Assembly (NCBI GenBank): GCA_964369225.1
Contig: CAYJER010000005.1
Coordinates: forward strand, 14,396 to 78,395
Origin: an uncultured Eubacteriales bacterium
GTDB taxonomy: Bacteria; Bacillota; Clostridia; Oscillospirales; Acutalibacteraceae
Length of the DNA stretch: 64,000 nucleotides
Reading direction: 5' to 3'
The notes beneath the pieces were generated by a model. The model was not told the DNA's origin and searched no databases. It saw nothing but the letters and a program-made list of their open reading frames with translations. Below are positions 7,934 through 15,971 of the stretch, piece after piece. The translations under genes were made by a program, and so were the position numbers. Within the stretch, counting starts at the first letter, position 1; every line of letters starts with the position of its first letter.

Positions 7934-9124
7934 TTAAAGCTCTAAGGCAAGAAGCATATTTTTAAGACGTTTTAGTAAGTCATCGTATGTAATGATATCA
8001 ACAATATTTTTATATTGTCGTTTTATAATTTCAAAATCATATTTTTGATTTTCTGTCAAATCATCGCTTCTGCCCATAATAAGAAACCCTTGTGGATTCA
8101 TAACGCGGATAGGTGTATCCATTTTCATTTCTTTAGATAAAGATTTTTCCAAATTTTCTTTTGGTTTACATTCAGTGTTTAAAATGTAAAGATATTTTTC
8201 AATTTGTACTATTGCACCTGTTAAATCTCTATCTGGAACATGGTTATTCCTATATTCTCCATTAGTCAATAATTTTATTTTGTTTGGTTTTTTTATTTCA
8301 AGTATATCAACGAAGCCATTTACATCAACAATGATAAAATCAGGTTTTTTATTGTGTCTACCATCATCACCTACATTGCATTCTCGCCTTGAAAAAATAT
8401 ATTTTGGAAAAACAATTCTTATTATATCGTTAATGAATTCTTGCCAATCCTTCTCTGTGTAAACATCACAATTTGCAAGCATATTTTCGAACTTATCTAA
8501 GGTAACAGTTAAAATTTCTTTTTGTAAAGGCTTGATATCGGTATAGAGGGTAGCGTGCGAATGTGGAGTTTTTTTATCAATATACCTATTGAATTCTATC
8601 TCTAAATTTCCTAAACCATCAAAGAAATTTCTAAGTATATTAGATATTCTCACATTGGCATATTTTTTCAATTCATAGGTGTTAGGGAACGTGCTTATCA
8701 TTGACATAAACTCATTGATTGGTAGATTTACTTTCTTATCATCTACATTTCCAATATAAATATCTTCACTTACAAGATTGTTAATTTTACGCATAATAGA
8801 TATGCGTTCTTGAGCTACAAACATTTTTATAATAATTTTAATATCTTTGTGAATATAAACGTCATTGTTTGTACTTAAGATTTCTTTTGAAAACAAGTAA
8901 TATTCTCCAATTAGAGTGGCAACTTTAAATCTTAATGTATCCTCATATTCGTTCATTAGTTCTTCAGATAAATCTTCAACCAAATCGCTTTCGCTAAAAC
9001 AAAAGCAATACTTTACATTGAAATATCCATCCTCTGCTATTTTTTGACGAATGCCGTCACACCCATTAAATGGACTATATTGCAATAATAAAGTATTTTC
9101 GTTTTTTATAAATTCAATACTCAT
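7934..9124 (-). CDS. Shedu-like (SduA / DUF4263-type) PD-(D/E)xK nuclease with an uncharacterised N-terminal domain
   Basis: 396 aa. The C-terminal half carries EKDWQEF, KKPDFIIVDVNGFVDILEIKKPN (the D...E-x-K core), QIEKYLY and a terminal ITYDDLL. The start ATG at 9124 is 1 nt after the mcrC stop, and the RBS AGAGGAGA lies inside mcrC. Confidence 0.65.
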   Translation of the reverse strand: MSIEFIKNENTLLLQYSPFNGCDGIRQKIAEDGYFNVKYCFCFSESDLVEDLSEELMNEYEDTLRFKVATLIGEYYLFSKEILSTNNDVYIHKDIKIIIKMFVAQERISIMRKINNLVSEDIYIGNVDDKKVNLPINEFMSMISTFPNTYELKKYANVRISNILRNFFDGLGNLEIEFNRYIDKKTPHSHATLYTDIKPLQKEILTVTLDKFENMLANCDVYTEKDWQEFINDIIRIVFPKYIFSRRECNVGDDGRHNKKPDFIIVDVNGFVDILEIKKPNKIKLLTNGEYRNNHVPDRDLTGAIVQIEKYLYILNTECKPKENLEKSLSKEMKMDTPIRVMNPQGFLIMGRSDDLTENQKYDFEIIKRQYKNIVDIITYDDLLKRLKNMLLALEL

Positions 9125-9125
9125 C

Positions 9126-10184
9126 TCATTCTCCTCTTGAAAACAATCGCTTAACTAGAACTTTTAACTGATTTTCAATCTCTAAAAAATCTCTGTTTAA
9201 ATCCAAACTCCTAATCTCAATCCGATTACCACCCATACTAAACTTTGCGTCTGGTGTAACTTCTTCGTCAGTTTTTGCATACAAAAGCATACCACTTACA
9301 TTACCTTTGTTATCCATATCCTTATTCTTCACATAAGTGAAAATTTGATAAAGATTGTGTGAGTGAAAAGTTTGCTTATTGCCGAACTGACTTGTTGCCA
9401 TACTTCTTGAATAATATTTTGCGTCGATAATAAGTGTGTGTATTCCGTTAGAAATCATAATATCTGACTGCATTTTAGGCAAGAACGAAACATATTCATT
9501 ATCGCTTTCAATATCCCACTCTATTTGCGAAGAAGACACTTTAAATTCTGGAAAATGTTTTTTATAATACTCTAAAATGAATTTTTCATATAGCCTTGAC
9601 ATTCTCTGTTCATCGAGGAATTTTTGCATTTTCATATCGCCATTTGCATCTTTTTGTAGCAGTCCTTTTATAACTAAATAGCAAATAGAAGTAAGCATTT
9701 GATAGCTTTGATTATTACGATTAAAACGAATATTCCAGTCAATAGTATATGGATTTAAAGTATCTACATCTTTGAAGTACATCATCAAGTTTTTAAGGTC
9801 TTTTTTCACTTGTGTTTTGATTTTTTCTCGAAGCAATATGTTAACAGTTGTCTTTATAATCTGATTAAGTTTAGTATTAACTGAAAATTCATCATAGCTA
9901 CAAACAAGCTGTTTTCGGAGCATAGTTTGTCCTTTGATTGAATGTGCAATATCAATTTTCTCACGCAAAGTAGCGAGTGGCTCAGTAATTGGAATATACT
10001 CTTTCCCAAGCCCTCTTTTAACTTGAAGTGCAATACCTTTAGCTAAAATTGCTGACAGTAAATCGGCTGTATTTTCAAAATCTTCACTCGCTAATTTCTC
10101 ATATCCATCATTTTTTAGAACAGAAAAAGCATAGGCAAGCATATAGTAAATATTTTGAATTCTTATTCCGTTTTCGGTAATCAT
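9126..10184 (-). CDS. mcrC: McrC-like nuclease subunit of a McrBC type IV restriction system
   Basis: 352 aa, which is the expected size. PD-(D/E)xK motif SDIMIS...LIIDAKYY. Its start overlaps the mcrB stop (ATGA at 10181-10184). Confidence 0.75.
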   Translation of the reverse strand: MITENGIRIQNIYYMLAYAFSVLKNDGYEKLASEDFENTADLLSAILAKGIALQVKRGLGKEYIPITEPLATLREKIDIAHSIKGQTMLRKQLVCSYDEFSVNTKLNQIIKTTVNILLREKIKTQVKKDLKNLMMYFKDVDTLNPYTIDWNIRFNRNNQSYQMLTSICYLVIKGLLQKDANGDMKMQKFLDEQRMSRLYEKFILEYYKKHFPEFKVSSSQIEWDIESDNEYVSFLPKMQSDIMISNGIHTLIIDAKYYSRSMATSQFGNKQTFHSHNLYQIFTYVKNKDMDNKGNVSGMLLYAKTDEEVTPDAKFSMGGNRIEIRSLDLNRDFLEIENQLKVLVKRLFSRGE

Positions 10185-12598
10185 ACTATCGCCCCTCGAA
10201 GTTTAGCTGTCCATTCCTCAACCCTACTGTTTTCATCGAACCAATATTCTTGCAACAGTGGTACTATTTCATAATTTACAACTGTTTGAAGCCAAGCATC
10301 ATCTATCACATCGTTTTCACTGCTTATAAAATAGCTGTGTCCTATTCTGAACCCACCACCTAAACTAACATCATCTTTTATTACATTATTAAGTTGTTTA
10401 ATAACTTCAATTAGCTTATCAAACTTAGGATTTGAAATGTTTTCTTGATAGTTTTTAAATCCGTCACTATTAAATGCTGGCTCTATTTCGAAAAACGCAA
10501 AACGACGACGAAGTGCATAATCAAGCATAGCAAGGCTTCTGTCAGCTGTATTCATCATACCGATAATATGTACATTTGACGGAATATAAAACTGCTCATC
10601 AGCATAAAGAAGTCGCATAGAATTACGCTCATCACGCTTATCGTGTTCGATTAACATAAACAATTCACCAAAGATTTTGGATAAATTACCACGATTTATT
10701 TCATCAATAATGAAGAAATAATCTCTCTCATTATCGTCCTGAGCTTCTTTACAGAACTTATAAAATGCACCATAATGAAGCTTAAATCCACTATTATCTG
10801 GACGATAACCCATTATAAAATCTTCATAAGCATAGCTTTGATGAAATTGTATCATCTCTACTCGGCTTGTATCACGCTCACCCATAATTGAATATGCAAG
10901 TCTTTTAGCAGCATAAGTTTTACCCACACCTGGAGCACCTTGTAAAATGATATTTTTCTTTCTGCTTAAAAGAGTAGTCAATGTTTCATAGTTTTCTTCG
11001 CTCATATATACTTGGGATAGGAAATTTTCTTTAGTATAAGGTAGGTATACAGTCACTTCATCATCTTCAATTATTTCACCATCATTAGTAAATAGAGTTT
11101 CTAATTTTTCTACATATTCAGTATATTGTGTAATATCTGTAAGTGTTTTTTGTACTGCCTGTCCTGGGTGTTCCCATTCACCTTTATGCGTCCAGTCAAT
11201 TTTTCTAGTATGCTTATATTCATTTCGTGTTTCATCATAAATATACTCAGATGTCACAATTCCTCTGCCTAAAACAGTTGAATAACCTCGCTTAACAATA
11301 ACAACATCACCAACATTCATTGAGTTTGCAAACTGCCATGATGCTAATGAGTCGTTTTTAAATGATTTTTCTTCACCTGATAGATTACGCATAGTAGTAA
11401 TTATTTCTTCTCGTGAACTGTAATCTTCTAAATCACCTAAATCATCCCAACCTATACCCATTATTTTATCTTGATAGAATTCATCCCAAAGCCTTGCTTG
11501 TTCACCAGGTGAGTATAGCCAATAACGTTTTTTTGAAATTGACTCATCATTAAATACTTTATCTGAATTATAACTCAAAAGAAATTTGTCAATTATATCT
11601 TTCAATTCCTCTTTTGAAGTTTCTTTATAATTAGTATAGATATCATAAAGATTTTTGTTTTTCTTCTCAATAGTTTGTTGATAATAACCTTTTCTACCAT
11701 TATCAAAATAAGGGTCAAATGTGTCCTTATATTGTTTTAGAGTGTTGTATTTAATACCACTTACTTCAGATGCTTTTTTCATATCATTGCTACAATTAGT
11801 TTTATATTCTTCATCAGAACTATGTAATCTTGCGTAATATAAGCACACTAGCGTAGCGAGGGTCTTATTAGATTCAGTAACACCGTTACTCCAAGCAAAG
11901 TGTGACATTTCTGGAAATGACGAAAATGGGTATTGTCCACTTTTAAATAGCACTTGGCATTGATTGCACATGGATATATATTCCTCACCTGTTGGAACAA
12001 AGCCTTTTACTATTTTTGGAAAAATGTCTACAACGCTTTTCATGTCATTATCTTCGTTATTTAAGAATGCTCTATTTTGTCCATCTAGGTTTAGAAATTT
12101 ATAAGGACGCATCCAGAAGAGTCCCATAGTGATTGTTGCTAACCCATTGCCTTTAGCATTCACTGCATTTTCAAATGAAGAAAATAATTCTTCATTAGCT
12201 ACGCCTGTATTTGCAAAGATAATTGCTTGTTGAAATAATTCCCATATTTCCGATGTCCCACCAAAGAACGCATTTTGGTTATTCATAGTTGGTATACCAT
12301 CAAATTCAGTAGGAACTTTAGACTTAAGATTAAATTGTTCCACATATAAATTTGCTATTTCAGTCCTATTCTCAGGCTTCAAAGCGCGACTGAATGTGGC
12401 AAAAATACTAAAAGGATCAATACAGTAATTTCTATCGCTCCACCAATCATCACGCTCAAAATGCAAATATTCGAGCTTTGTATGTTTTGAAACAAGATTC
12501 TTCATTATTTCAAATAGTTCATTTCTCTTATCTTTATATTCTAATAGTTTATCTGCCAATTCTTCGTAAAATGGTATCCAGTCAAATTTGTTTTCCAT
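10181..12598 (-). CDS. mcrB: McrB-like AAA+ GTPase with a long (~530 aa) N-terminal extension
   Basis: 805 aa. Walker A GAPGVGKTY, Walker B FFIIDEINRGNLSKIFGEL, and McrB signatures MNTADRS and RRRF. The N-terminal region includes a PUA/EVE-like block (YWLYSPGE...GIGW...VGDVVIVKRG). Confidence 0.8.
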   Translation of the reverse strand: MENKFDWIPFYEELADKLLEYKDKRNELFEIMKNLVSKHTKLEYLHFERDDWWSDRNYCIDPFSIFATFSRALKPENRTEIANLYVEQFNLKSKVPTEFDGIPTMNNQNAFFGGTSEIWELFQQAIIFANTGVANEELFSSFENAVNAKGNGLATITMGLFWMRPYKFLNLDGQNRAFLNNEDNDMKSVVDIFPKIVKGFVPTGEEYISMCNQCQVLFKSGQYPFSSFPEMSHFAWSNGVTESNKTLATLVCLYYARLHSSDEEYKTNCSNDMKKASEVSGIKYNTLKQYKDTFDPYFDNGRKGYYQQTIEKKNKNLYDIYTNYKETSKEELKDIIDKFLLSYNSDKVFNDESISKKRYWLYSPGEQARLWDEFYQDKIMGIGWDDLGDLEDYSSREEIITTMRNLSGEEKSFKNDSLASWQFANSMNVGDVVIVKRGYSTVLGRGIVTSEYIYDETRNEYKHTRKIDWTHKGEWEHPGQAVQKTLTDITQYTEYVEKLETLFTNDGEIIEDDEVTVYLPYTKENFLSQVYMSEENYETLTTLLSRKKNIILQGAPGVGKTYAAKRLAYSIMGERDTSRVEMIQFHQSYAYEDFIMGYRPDNSGFKLHYGAFYKFCKEAQDDNERDYFFIIDEINRGNLSKIFGELFMLIEHDKRDERNSMRLLYADEQFYIPSNVHIIGMMNTADRSLAMLDYALRRRFAFFEIEPAFNSDGFKNYQENISNPKFDKLIEVIKQLNNVIKDDVSLGGGFRIGHSYFISSENDVIDDAWLQTVVNYEIVPLLQEYWFDENSRVEEWTAKLRGAIV

Positions 12599-12628
12599 TA
12601 TAATTCCTCCTAAATTTTATATTATTTA

Positions 12629-13300
12629 TTAAATTACTTCTTTCAAACTCCTAAAATACCTCTCCATCTCCCTAATTGCATTATCCATCTGAACATTAGC
12701 GATAACATCATTTTCAACTGCAAAATACCCATGTTTATTAAGCAGTTCTTTAGCTTTTTCAATCTCGTGGGCATTATTTACCCTTAAAAACTCTCGTTGC
12801 TCATTATGACTCAACTTGTTCATAAACTCGGCAAATAGGCTGTGTTTAACCTTTTCTAGCATATAATCAAAGCTAATACTTTTGATAAAATCATCAATAA
12901 TCGCAGTATCTCGCTGAAAACTTAGCTTTGTATTACCATTTTCTTCTGAAACTTGCTTGTAATGGATTAGTTTATCAATCGTTTCTTCGGACAAACCAAG
13001 TTGTTCGGCTATATTTTCATATTCGGTTTTGCGTGTATCAGAGTTTCCTAGCAGAAAATCCACCGAAACATCGTAAAAATCAGCAAATGCAACTAAATAT
13101 TCGATGCTCATACTACTTGTTCGCCCAAAAAGTGGGTGGTCTGGGTCGGAAATTTCGTAATTTTTCAAATTAGTGTGGCTGATATACACTTCTTTTTCAG
13201 CTAAAGCCTTTGAAAGTTCAAGAAATGTTAGTTTTCGTTCTTTTCTAAGCTCCATCAAGCGTTTTTTAGTGAGATATGCTCGTTCTTCGTTGTATTGCAA
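12629..13300 (-). CDS. XRE-family HTH regulator with an uncharacterised C-terminal domain (TTG start)
   Basis: 223 aa. N-terminal HTH (LTFLELSKALAEKEVYISHTNLKNYE). A GGAGG RBS lies 8 nt before the TTG. It sits immediately upstream of mcrB. Confidence 0.7.
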   Translation of the reverse strand: MQYNEERAYLTKKRLMELRKERKLTFLELSKALAEKEVYISHTNLKNYEISDPDHPLFGRTSSMSIEYLVAFADFYDVSVDFLLGNSDTRKTEYENIAEQLGLSEETIDKLIHYKQVSEENGNTKLSFQRDTAIIDDFIKSISFDYMLEKVKHSLFAEFMNKLSHNEQREFLRVNNAHEIEKAKELLNKHGYFAVENDVIANVQMDNAIREMERYFRSLKEVI

Positions 13301-13336
13301 TAAAATCGCCTCCTATCGCAGTTTTATACTATCCAT

Positions 13337-13366
13337 ATTATAAACTTTTTGAATGGTATTTGTCAA
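13337..13366 (-). promoter_or_regulatory. Promoter candidate for the XRE-mcrBC operon (TTGACA-18 nt-TATAAT)
   Basis: On the minus strand the -35 is at 13366-13361 and the -10 at 13342-13337. Confidence 0.45.
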
Positions 13367-13514
13367 GAAATGTATATTTTAGTTTATGAAACTTGTAATT
13401 CTGTCAGTGAAATAAATGTTAGTTGATTTGTTTACGTTGAGTATATCAGTATGGTATAATCTTAATATAGTTTAAAAATAAAAATTTACATAAACCAATA
13501 ACAAGAAAGAGGCG

Positions 13515-13688
13515 ATGATTATTAGCAAAACTAAAAAATCAAATAACACTATTCCAAAACACGAGCTAGAAAGTTTAGCTCGTGTTTTGCTTCCCTCAAT
13601 AAGAGAATTTTTTAATAGCGAAGAAGGTAGGCGAGAATTTGAGGAGTGGAAAAAGCAGAAAGAACAAGTATCAGCCGATATAGGTTGA
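13515..13688 (+). CDS. Small hypothetical protein (57 aa) at the right end of the island
   Basis: This ORF is not in the supplied track because it is under 60 aa. It has ATG with RBS AGAAAGAGG and translates as MIISKTKKSNNTIPKHELESLARVLLPSIREFFNSEEGRREFEEWKKQKEQVSADIG. A terminator follows. Confidence 0.4.
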   Translation: MIISKTKKSNNTIPKHELESLARVLLPSIREFFNSEEGRREFEEWKKQKEQVSADIG

Positions 13689-13740
13689 TACTTGCTCTTT
13701 TTCTATGTTGATGTATAAATCTTTAAATATAAAGCAAAAA

Positions 13741-13781
13741 TCCGAACACTTCTCCAATTATAAAGAAGTGGTTCGGATTTT
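13741..13781. terminator. Intrinsic terminator hairpin (TCCGAACACTTC...GAAGTGGTTCGGA plus a T-run)
   Basis: A 12-13 bp stem flanked by AAAAA on one side and TTTT on the other. Confidence 0.6.
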
Positions 13782-13788
13782 GTGCGTT

Positions 13789-13864
<76 letters not shown>

Positions 13865-13929
13865 ATGTGTTTCTAATCTAAAACATATTATATCATATCA
13901 CAAATACCATGTCAATACTTTTATCGCTA

Positions 13930-13958
13930 TTGACAAATTAATATTTTTATTGTATACT
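13930..13958 (+). promoter_or_regulatory. Promoter candidate for the glnA-like operon (TTGACA-17 nt-TATACT)
   Basis: Consensus -35 at 13930-13935 and -10 at 13953-13958. Confidence 0.55.
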
Positions 13959-14070
13959 TGTCACATGAGAACAATGGCGTTCATCAAATAAAGGTAAGGA
14001 GGCTTCCGCTTTTTTGCTATATTTGGTGGACGCTTTTTTAACGTTTATTTTAGAAAGAAGGTTATACAGT

Positions 14071-15381
14071 ATGAAAAGTACTGCCAATCAGGTGCTGGAA
14101 TTCATAAGGGAAAACGATGTAAAATTTATTAGACTGGGTTTTTGTGATCTTTTAGGTGTACAAAAAAATATCTCTTTATTGTCAGATGAATTAGAGTCAG
14201 CTTTTGAGAATGGTGTTCCTTTTGATGCCTCATCAATTCTGGGCTTTAGAGATTCAAGACAGTCTGATTTATTGTTGTTTCCTGATCCATCAACACTTAC
14301 TGTTTTGCCGTGGAGACCTGATCCCGGTAGAGTAGTTAGATTTTTCTGTGATATAAAAATGCCAAACGGTGAGTATTACAAACACAACAGCAGATATATA
14401 TTAAAAAACACGCTAAAAAATTGTACCGACCTTGGTTATAACTGTAGGGTAGGATCTGACTGTGAGTTTTATCTTTTCAAAACCGATGATAATTCCGAAC
14501 CTACCTATAACACACTAGATTACGGTAGCTACCTTGATATTTCACCTCTTGATAAGGGTGAAAATATTAGACGTGAAATTTGCCTAAACTTAGAAGAAAT
14601 GGGATTAATGCCTGAAACTTCTCACCATGAAAAAGGCCCTGGACAAAATCAAATTGACTTTAAGTCAAGCGATGCCCTAAGTTGTGCCGATAACTTTTTA
14701 ACATTTAAATCGGTTGTCAAGGCTATTTCAGCTAGAAACGGTCTATACGCTTCTTTCATGCCAAAACCTCTTGAATATGAAAGTGGTAGCAGTCTTAGAA
14801 TTAATATCACTCTAAGCCAAAAAGGGCATAATGTGTTCGGTAATCAGCACGATGAAATTGCAGAAAGCTTTATTGCTGGTGTCATGGAAAAAGCAGCCGA
14901 AATATCTTTATTTCTATCTCCTATCATGAATTCATATGATAGATTAGGAAAACTAAATGCACCAAGATACGTCACATGGTCTCACCAAAACAGAGCGCAA
15001 TTAATTAGAGTTCCACTAGCTTCAAAAGACAAAATCAGAATGGAGCTACGATCAGCCGACCCAACTATTAACCCTTATCTAGCATTCTCTTTAATAATTG
15101 AGGCAGGTCTTTACGGAATTAAAAATAACTTGAAACTTGTAGAGGCAATCGACATAGACTTAAACACAGCCACTAAAGATATTCTAGAAACAATCGATAT
15201 GCTACCAAAAGATATATACGAAGCTGTAAAACTTGCGGAAAACTCTAGTTTTATCAAAGATGTTTTAGGCGAAAGTTTATTAAACAAGTATATTAGCATA
15301 AAAAAAGAGGAAATTGATAATTACGAAAAAGCAGAAAATAAGAAGAATTTCATAACTAAAAAATACTTTTATTATTATTAA
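14071..15381 (+). CDS. Glutamine synthetase type I-like protein with substitutions at catalytic and metal-ligand positions
   Basis: 436 aa counted from ATG 14071 (RBS GAAAGAAGG); the track start at 14014 is a TTG extension. The GS fold motifs FDASS, CEFYLF, SHHE, NRAQLIRVP and ELRSADPTINPYLA are present. However GQHEIDF is replaced by GQNQIDF, NGSGMH by SGSSLR, and GYEAP by KLNAP. Confidence 0.75.
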   Translation: MKSTANQVLEFIRENDVKFIRLGFCDLLGVQKNISLLSDELESAFENGVPFDASSILGFRDSRQSDLLLFPDPSTLTVLPWRPDPGRVVRFFCDIKMPNGEYYKHNSRYILKNTLKNCTDLGYNCRVGSDCEFYLFKTDDNSEPTYNTLDYGSYLDISPLDKGENIRREICLNLEEMGLMPETSHHEKGPGQNQIDFKSSDALSCADNFLTFKSVVKAISARNGLYASFMPKPLEYESGSSLRINITLSQKGHNVFGNQHDEIAESFIAGVMEKAAEISLFLSPIMNSYDRLGKLNAPRYVTWSHQNRAQLIRVPLASKDKIRMELRSADPTINPYLAFSLIIEAGLYGIKNNLKLVEAIDIDLNTATKDILETIDMLPKDIYEAVKLAENSSFIKDVLGESLLNKYISIKKEEIDNYEKAENKKNFITKKYFYYY

Positions 15382-15389
15382 TACAGGAG

Positions 15390-15971
15390 GTGGTAACCAT
15401 AGAATCTGCATTAATCGTTTCAGCTACCGAGAAAGCAACAACTTATATTTCAGATACTCTAAAAGAGTTCTATGTAAAAAGAATAGTATGTGTCGGAACT
15501 TGTGGCGAAGCTCGCAGACTGTTGCCACAGCAAGACTTTGACTTAGTAGTTATTAATTCTCCGTTAAAAGATGAAACAGGTGAAAAATTATCTGAATATA
15601 TTGCTACCCGAAACCAAAGCCAAGTTATCATATTAGTAAAGGCTGAGCTTTACGAGGCAGTTTCAGAAAAAGTAGAAAACCATGGTGTCATAGCAGTAGC
15701 TAAACCAATTAATAAAAGTATGTTCTGGTTTTCTTTAAAGCTTGCAAAGGCAGCCCAAAAAAGGCTTTCAATGATGCAGGCAGAAAAACGCAAACTTGTA
15801 CAAAGAATAGAAGATATTAAGATTGTAGACAGAGCTAAACATATGCTTATCTCTTATCTTAGTATGTCAGAGGAAGAAGCCCACAAATATATAGAACGTC
15901 AGGCGATGGACACAAGGGCTACAAAAAGATCAATAGCTGAGGAGATATTAAAAATATATGAAATCCATTGA
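15390..15971 (+). CDS. ANTAR-domain RNA-binding antiterminator with a pseudo-receiver domain
   Basis: 193 aa. C-terminal ANTAR helices (IVDRAKHMLISYLSMSEEEAHKYIERQAMDTRATKRSIAEEIL). The N-terminal REC-like fold lacks the acidic pocket (ALIVSATEK) and the phospho-acceptor Asp (DLVVIN). The start codon is uncertain: a GTG abuts the RBS. Confidence 0.75.
   Translation: MVTIESALIVSATEKATTYISDTLKEFYVKRIVCVGTCGEARRLLPQQDFDLVVINSPLKDETGEKLSEYIATRNQSQVIILVKAELYEAVSEKVENHGVIAVAKPINKSMFWFSLKLAKAAQKRLSMMQAEKRKLVQRIEDIKIVDRAKHMLISYLSMSEEEAHKYIERQAMDTRATKRSIAEEILKIYEIH

Noticed and set aside
13959-14070. A classical ANTAR dual-hairpin plus terminator leader upstream of the glnA-like gene.
   Set aside because: I could fold only one plausible hexaloop hairpin (loop AATGGC, about 13966-13986). 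The two T-runs (CGCTTTTTT at 14007 and 14031) lack convincing preceding stems, so this is not reported as a feature.
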